Position numbers and translations under genes: made by a program. A DNA stretch of 64,000 nucleotides from Squalus acanthias (taxonomy: Eukaryota), in NCBI GenBank assembly GCA_030390025.1, contig CM059431.1, forward strand, positions 132,744,001 to 132,808,000. Reading direction: 5' to 3'. The stretch's first letter is position 1, and each line of letters opens with the position of its first letter. Of the stretch, positions 63,248-64,000 are shown in pieces. The notes under the pieces were generated by a model. That model did no database searches, was not told the DNA's origin, and saw nothing but the letters and a program-made list of their open reading frames with translations.

Positions 63248-64000
63248 GGACATATCCCTCACTCTACCATTACCATCAAGCCAGGGACCAAACCTGGTTC
63301 AATGAGGAGTGTAGAAGAGCATGCCAGGAGCAGCACCAGGCGTACCTAAAATGAGGTGCCAACCTGGGGAAGCTACAACACAGCACTACATACATGCTAA
63401 ACATTGGAAGCAGCATGCTATAGACAGAGCTAAGCGATCCCACAACCAATGGATTAGATCAAAGCTCTGCAGTCCTGCCACAACTAATCACGAGTGGTGG
63501 TGGACCATTAAACAAGTAGCAGGAGGAGGAGGCTCCATGAATATCCCCATCCTCAATGATGGCGGAGCCCAGCACGTGAGTGCAAAAGACAAGGCTGAAG
63601 CATTCGCAACCATCGTCAACCAGAAGTGCCGAGTGGATGATCCATCTTGGCCTCCTCCAGAGGTCCCCAGCATCACAGAAGTGAGTCTTCCAATTCGATT
63701 CATTCCACATGATATCAAGAAATGGCTGAATGCACTGGATACAGCAAAGGCTATGGGCCCCAACAACATCCTGGCTATCATGCTGAAGACTTGTGCTCCA
63801 GAACTAGCCATGCCTCTGGCCAAGCTGTTCCAGTACAGCTACAACACTGGCATCTAACCAACAATGTGGAAAATTGCCCAGGTATGTCCTGTCCACAAAA
63901 AGCAGGACAAATCCAATTCGGCCAATTACCACCACATCAGTCTACTCTCAATCATCAGCAAATTGATGCAAGGTTTAATCAACAGTGCTATCAAGCGGCA

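Larger units (their letters stand above)
58835..64000 (+). mobile_element. Long non-LTR LINE (RTE-X-like, tentative) running off the window, with three nested inserts
   Basis: AP-endonuclease segments (PKLGELSHRLVK..PDIVTLTESYL, GDFNVHH, DLVLTN) and the start of the RT region (LAKLFQYSYNTGI). Continuous once the CR1, hairpin element and LTR are removed. Confidence 0.85.

Overview
Eukaryotic vertebrate DNA, very likely a shark or other elasmobranch, judged from the HE1/V-SINE, Deu-SINE, CR1, L2, RTE, Penelope and Harbinger repeat content. The only host gene I can support is the 3' end of GPR180 on the + strand: three coding exons at <1-167, 3539-3616 and 27378-27530, then a ~2 kb AT-rich 3' UTR. 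The rest is the ~23.8 kb last intron and downstream intergenic DNA. In other vertebrates that downstream interval leads toward SOX21, and it contains TE-free blocks that look like conserved enhancers (best candidate ~41.0-41.8 kb). Most of the window is deeply nested transposable elements. Highlights: (1) two ~210-230 bp Penelope-type inserts with 12-bp TSDs, each a perfect 80-88 bp hairpin carrying a minimal hammerhead ribozyme; (2) a second hammerhead family in Penelope pLTR fragments; (3) two Harbinger transposase copies, one reconstructable to 408 aa, both disrupted by unrelated elements at the GDKGY catalytic motif; (4) a 577-aa in-frame tandem-RT ORF made by a CR1-into-CR1 insertion; (5) a 760-bp almost pure C/T tract at a deletion junction. 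Family names come from recognition of the sequence, not database searches. TE boundaries without a stated TSD are approximate.
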